Below, one piece after another: positions 60,821 to 64,000 of a stretch of DNA of 64,000 bases (its first letter is position 1; each line of letters starts with the position of its first letter). Source of the DNA: an uncultured Actinomycetes bacterium (GTDB taxonomy: Bacteria; Actinomycetota; Thermoleophilia; UBA2241); contig CAVPVX010000004.1 in the NCBI GenBank assembly GCA_963709345.1, positions 192,001 through 256,000 on the forward strand. Direction: 5' to 3'. The position numbers and the translations under genes were made by a program. The notes under the pieces are model-generated. The model was not told the DNA's origin. It did no database searches and saw only the letters and a list, made by a program, of their open reading frames with translations.

Positions 60821-62542
60821 GTGAGTGGCAAAGCAGCAGCGCTCGTCGTGGCCGGGGTGGCCGTTCTTCTCGCGCTCGGTCTGACGGCATGCGGTGAGTC
60901 GAGCTCCGGCGACTCCGGGGCATCGCCGGCTGCCAGTGCCAGTCCAGCGGTCGCCCAGACCGTGAAGGTCGCGTCGGCGGTCATGCCGCCGGTCGTGCAC
61001 GCGAAGGTCGGCGACCAGCTCAAGGTGCGGCTGAACAGCAACGCGAGCACAGGGTATTCCTGGACGGCGCAGGTCATGTCGGGCGAGGGAGAGACGCCGA
61101 TCCTCAAGCAGGTGGGCGACCCCGAGACCATCGCGCCGAAGAGCAAGCTTGCCGGCGCGCCCGGCAAGACGGAGTTCACGTTCGTGGTCGAGGCAGAGGG
61201 TACACAGGAGCTGGGATTCTGGTACGAGCCTCCGGCGGAGGGCGCGCCCGGCTCGACCTACGCCCTCATCGTCAAGGCCGGGAAGGGCCACATCCCCGTC
61301 GACGTCAAGGCCGGCGAGGAGTACACAGCCGAGATGGCCGAACTGCGCACCGGCGACACCCTCGTCGTCACGATCAAGCACGCAGCGGACAAGGGCCGCC
61401 ACACCTGGAAGATGGTCGGCGGCGATCCCCTGCTCACGATGACGGGGCAGAAGTACTCGGGCGGTGGGTCCGGCACCGAGACCGTGACGTTCAAAGGCAA
61501 CGCGGCCGGCACCGGCACGCTGGTTCTGGTGAACCGTCCCAGCGGCGATCCGCCGCTGCAGACCTACGCACTGCCCGTCTTCGTCAAGACGCCGAAGAAG
61601 CCGGTCACCCTGCAGATGAACCACAACGACAACGACGAGTCCTTCGCTGCGAGAGCGGGCGACACGATCCAGGTGAGCCTGCACGACACGCCTACCACCG
61701 ACTTCCAGTGGAAGTTCCAGACGCCGAACGCAAAGGTGCTGAAGCAGGTCGGCAAGCCCAAGTTCTACCCCAAGAGCGACGCCATGGGATCGCCCGGAAA
61801 GATGGTGTGGACGTTCAGCGTCGTGGGCACCGGCAAGGCGTCATTGATCGCGGACTACACGGAGATCCCGGAGCAGGCGATGCCGATCAAGACGTGGCAG
61901 GTCACCATCGCCGCCAAGCCCGGCTACGCGCCCAAGACCGTCGGCGCCGTGGACGCGTACCCCGCCGAGACCGTGCACGTGCTGCCCGGCGACCAGATCA
62001 AGGTACACCTGAACGGCAACGTCGGCGCGTGGGTGAATCAGACCACGAGCAAGCAGCTTGCGGCGATGAAGCCGGTCCAGCAGGGCTCGACGACCGTCGT
62101 GACCTATGAGGCCAAGAATCACGGCGTCGCCACCCCGGTCCTGTGGGCCGAGACGTCCGGCGGCTGGCCCGCACAGGCCTACGCGTTCTCGGCGACGGTC
62201 GGCAAGGGCAGTCTGCCGAAGACGGTGACCGCTGTCGAGCGTCGCGTCGCCAAGACCATCGAGGTGAACGCCGGCGACCTGTTCGACATCGTTCTGCCGA
62301 GCAACTCGGCTTCTACCGGTTACACGTGGACGACAGCGAGCATTGTCACCGACGGTGTGATCGAAGCGGCCGGCGAGCCGACCGTTGCGGCCTCCGGCGA
62401 CATGCCCGGCGCTCAGGGCACGACGACCATGCACTTCAAGGCGGTCGGCGCCGGAACCGCGCAGCTCATGCTGTTGCTGGAGCCTCCGGGTGGCGAGGGC
62501 ACGCCGGAGGGCGTCTACCTGACCATGGTGGACGTGCAGTAG
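60821..62542 (+). CDS. Lipoprotein with tandem chagasin/I42 protease-inhibitor domains
   Basis: Lipobox LTAC; NASTGYSW..GAPG, TPTTDFQW..GSPG, SASTGYTW..GAQG plus two degenerate repeats. Confidence 0.8.
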   Translation: MSGKAAALVVAGVAVLLALGLTACGESSSGDSGASPAASASPAVAQTVKVASAVMPPVVHAKVGDQLKVRLNSNASTGYSWTAQVMSGEGETPILKQVGDPETIAPKSKLAGAPGKTEFTFVVEAEGTQELGFWYEPPAEGAPGSTYALIVKAGKGHIPVDVKAGEEYTAEMAELRTGDTLVVTIKHAADKGRHTWKMVGGDPLLTMTGQKYSGGGSGTETVTFKGNAAGTGTLVLVNRPSGDPPLQTYALPVFVKTPKKPVTLQMNHNDNDESFAARAGDTIQVSLHDTPTTDFQWKFQTPNAKVLKQVGKPKFYPKSDAMGSPGKMVWTFSVVGTGKASLIADYTEIPEQAMPIKTWQVTIAAKPGYAPKTVGAVDAYPAETVHVLPGDQIKVHLNGNVGAWVNQTTSKQLAAMKPVQQGSTTVVTYEAKNHGVATPVLWAETSGGWPAQAYAFSATVGKGSLPKTVTAVERRVAKTIEVNAGDLFDIVLPSNSASTGYTWTTASIVTDGVIEAAGEPTVAASGDMPGAQGTTTMHFKAVGAGTAQLMLLLEPPGGEGTPEGVYLTMVDVQ

Positions 62543-62566
62543 GGAGAGCGAAGAGCGACAGGACGG

Positions 62567-62598
62567 CGAGGCGGCCGGCGTGAGCCGGCCGCCTCGTT
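62567..62598. terminator. Hairpin between convergent genes
   Basis: cgaggcggccggc-gtga-gccggccgcctcg, perfect 13-bp stem. Confidence 0.6.
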
Positions 62599-62671
62599 CA
62601 CGTACGCCGGCTGCCGGAGCCCGACCCCGCAGGCGCCCGGCGAGCGGCGCCCCCGGCCGGCGCCTCCGGGG

Positions 62672-63499
62672 TCAGTTCAGCCCGAAGCGGTGCATGTCCT
62701 GCTCGCCCGCGCCGAAGTAGTGGGCGGTCTCGTGCAGGACAGTGATACGGATCTGCTCGGCGAGCACGTCGTCGTCCGGGACTTCACGTTCGAGGTTGCG
62801 CTGGAAGAGGTGGATGACGCCGATGTCGGGGCCCGGTCCGAGCACCGACTGGTCGGGCATCGCGATGCCGTGGAACAGGCCGAGTGTGCGGGGGTCGAGT
62901 CCTTCGAGCACAAGCGCCTCGGAGGGCTGGTCCTCGACGAAGACGGGGACGTTGCCCAGCCGGCCGAGGATCTCCGGCGGCAACTCGTCGAGGGCTTCGG
63001 CGGCGAGCCGCTCGAACTCCGCCCGCGGCAGTCTCGGCTCGGGCCCGTCGTTCGCCTGGTCGAGGCGCAGCGTCGCCAGCCACTCCTTGACCATCCCTCT
63101 GGTGTCGCCCTTGTCTTCGCAGGCGACGCCGAGCAGATGCCGGGCGTCGGCTTCGTCGAGCGGATCGAGCCGGGGCCCGGCGAGGAGTTCGCGCAGCAGG
63201 CGCGCGGCCTCGCCGGGCTCGTCGTAGTCAAGGTACACCTCCGCCGACCCGAGCCAGGGCTCCGGGTCATCGGGGTCCGACTCGCTCCAGCGCCGGTACG
63301 CGTCGAGTGCCGCCTCCGGCTCCTCCTGCTCGCGCGCGAGCGACGCCTCGAGCTCGATGACCGCCGGGTCGTCGGGCGCCGTCACGCGCGCTCTCTCGAG
63401 CGCTCGCGCGACGGAGCGCACGTCGCCGTCGGCGAGGGCGTCCCACGCGTCTTCGAGCAGTCGTTCCGTCTCCGGGTCGAGCCGGTCGTCGTCATCCAT
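62672..63499 (-). CDS. TPR + zincin-like (DUF1025-type) metallopeptidase
   Basis: TPR-like N-terminus; ALDELP, LGLFHG, ITVLHETAHYFG (HExxH). Confidence 0.85.
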   Translation of the reverse strand: MDDDDRLDPETERLLEDAWDALADGDVRSVARALERARVTAPDDPAVIELEASLAREQEEPEAALDAYRRWSESDPDDPEPWLGSAEVYLDYDEPGEAARLLRELLAGPRLDPLDEADARHLLGVACEDKGDTRGMVKEWLATLRLDQANDGPEPRLPRAEFERLAAEALDELPPEILGRLGNVPVFVEDQPSEALVLEGLDPRTLGLFHGIAMPDQSVLGPGPDIGVIHLFQRNLEREVPDDDVLAEQIRITVLHETAHYFGAGEQDMHRFGLN

Positions 63500-63672
63500 G
63501 CCGCTACTGTACCTCGGCTCGGCCCGGCGGCACACCAGCGCCGCGGCTGGAGCCCGTCGGCGCTGGACGCGGCCGTCGCGGAGGTCCTGATCGTCGTCGC
63601 GACGGCTGACCTGAATGCGGATCCGCTCCCGGCGTGTGGCTCCGGGTCCGAGGCTCTGGTATAAGGACAGGT

Positions 63673-64000
63673 GTGAATCACCCCTCCGCAGGACCCGACC
63701 CGGACGCGTCGCCCGGGCACAGCCGCGCCTTCATCGGCCTGCGTCCTCTCTTTGTCGGTGTCGATCTGGGCAAGGTCACCACCGCGGTGGCCGTGGGCGA
63801 GCTGGGCGACGACGGCGAGCTGCGCGTGCTCCAAACGCACGTGGAGCGCCACCTCGGCGAGCCGCTGCGGCCGTTCCTCGATCTGTACGCATCTCTGGAT
63901 GCGGGCCGGCTCGCGGGCATCGCGGCCACCGGGGTGTACGGCGACCGTCTCGGCGCCCCCGCTCTCGGCGGGATCCCGGAGGAGATCGCGCAGGAACAAG
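63673..64000 (+). CDS. Acyl-CoA dehydratase activase (BadF/BcrAD ASKHA ATPase), partial
   Basis: Own translation: LFVGVDLGKVTT...ERHLGEP...AATGVYG...IPEEIAQ; runs off the window. Confidence 0.7.
   Translation, partial: MNHPSAGPDPDASPGHSRAFIGLRPLFVGVDLGKVTTAVAVGELGDDGELRVLQTHVERHLGEPLRPFLDLYASLDAGRLAGIAATGVYGDRLGAPALGGIPEEIAQEQ

Overview
High-GC (about 70%) chromosomal window that looks like an anaerobic or microaerophilic Actinomycetota genome. Thermoleophilia-like is my inference from gene content, not something I could test. It holds about 58 CDS or pseudogenes for transport, signalling, anaerobic redox (ferredoxin-PorB fusion, NfnAB, rubrerythrin, hemerythrin), amine catabolism and cell-surface proteins. 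I found no rRNA, tRNA, CRISPR array or recognisable mobile element. Several genes are broken by single-base indels, mostly between 24.5 and 38.8 kb, which most likely reflects unpolished long-read assembly. The main candidate system is a minus-strand operon at 28480-31211: tusA, a dsrE-family gene, iscS and iscU. Its IscS has Asp in place of the PLP Schiff-base Lys (SSNDLYGP, the Archaeoglobus fulgidus type reported to lack desulfurase activity). Its IscU is fused to a degenerate thioredoxin-reductase NAD(P)H-binding domain, and an IscR/Rrf2-like operator lies upstream. Together these suggest a cysteine-independent, persulfide-relay-fed Fe-S assembly module. Other candidates are three copies of a small tandem-repeat protein, a Trp-rich leaderless uORF before a PuuB-like oxidase, an NfnB with a Cys-rich N-terminal extension, a pilin with an inserted beta-sandwich domain, and a multi-chagasin lipoprotein near a papain-family protease.
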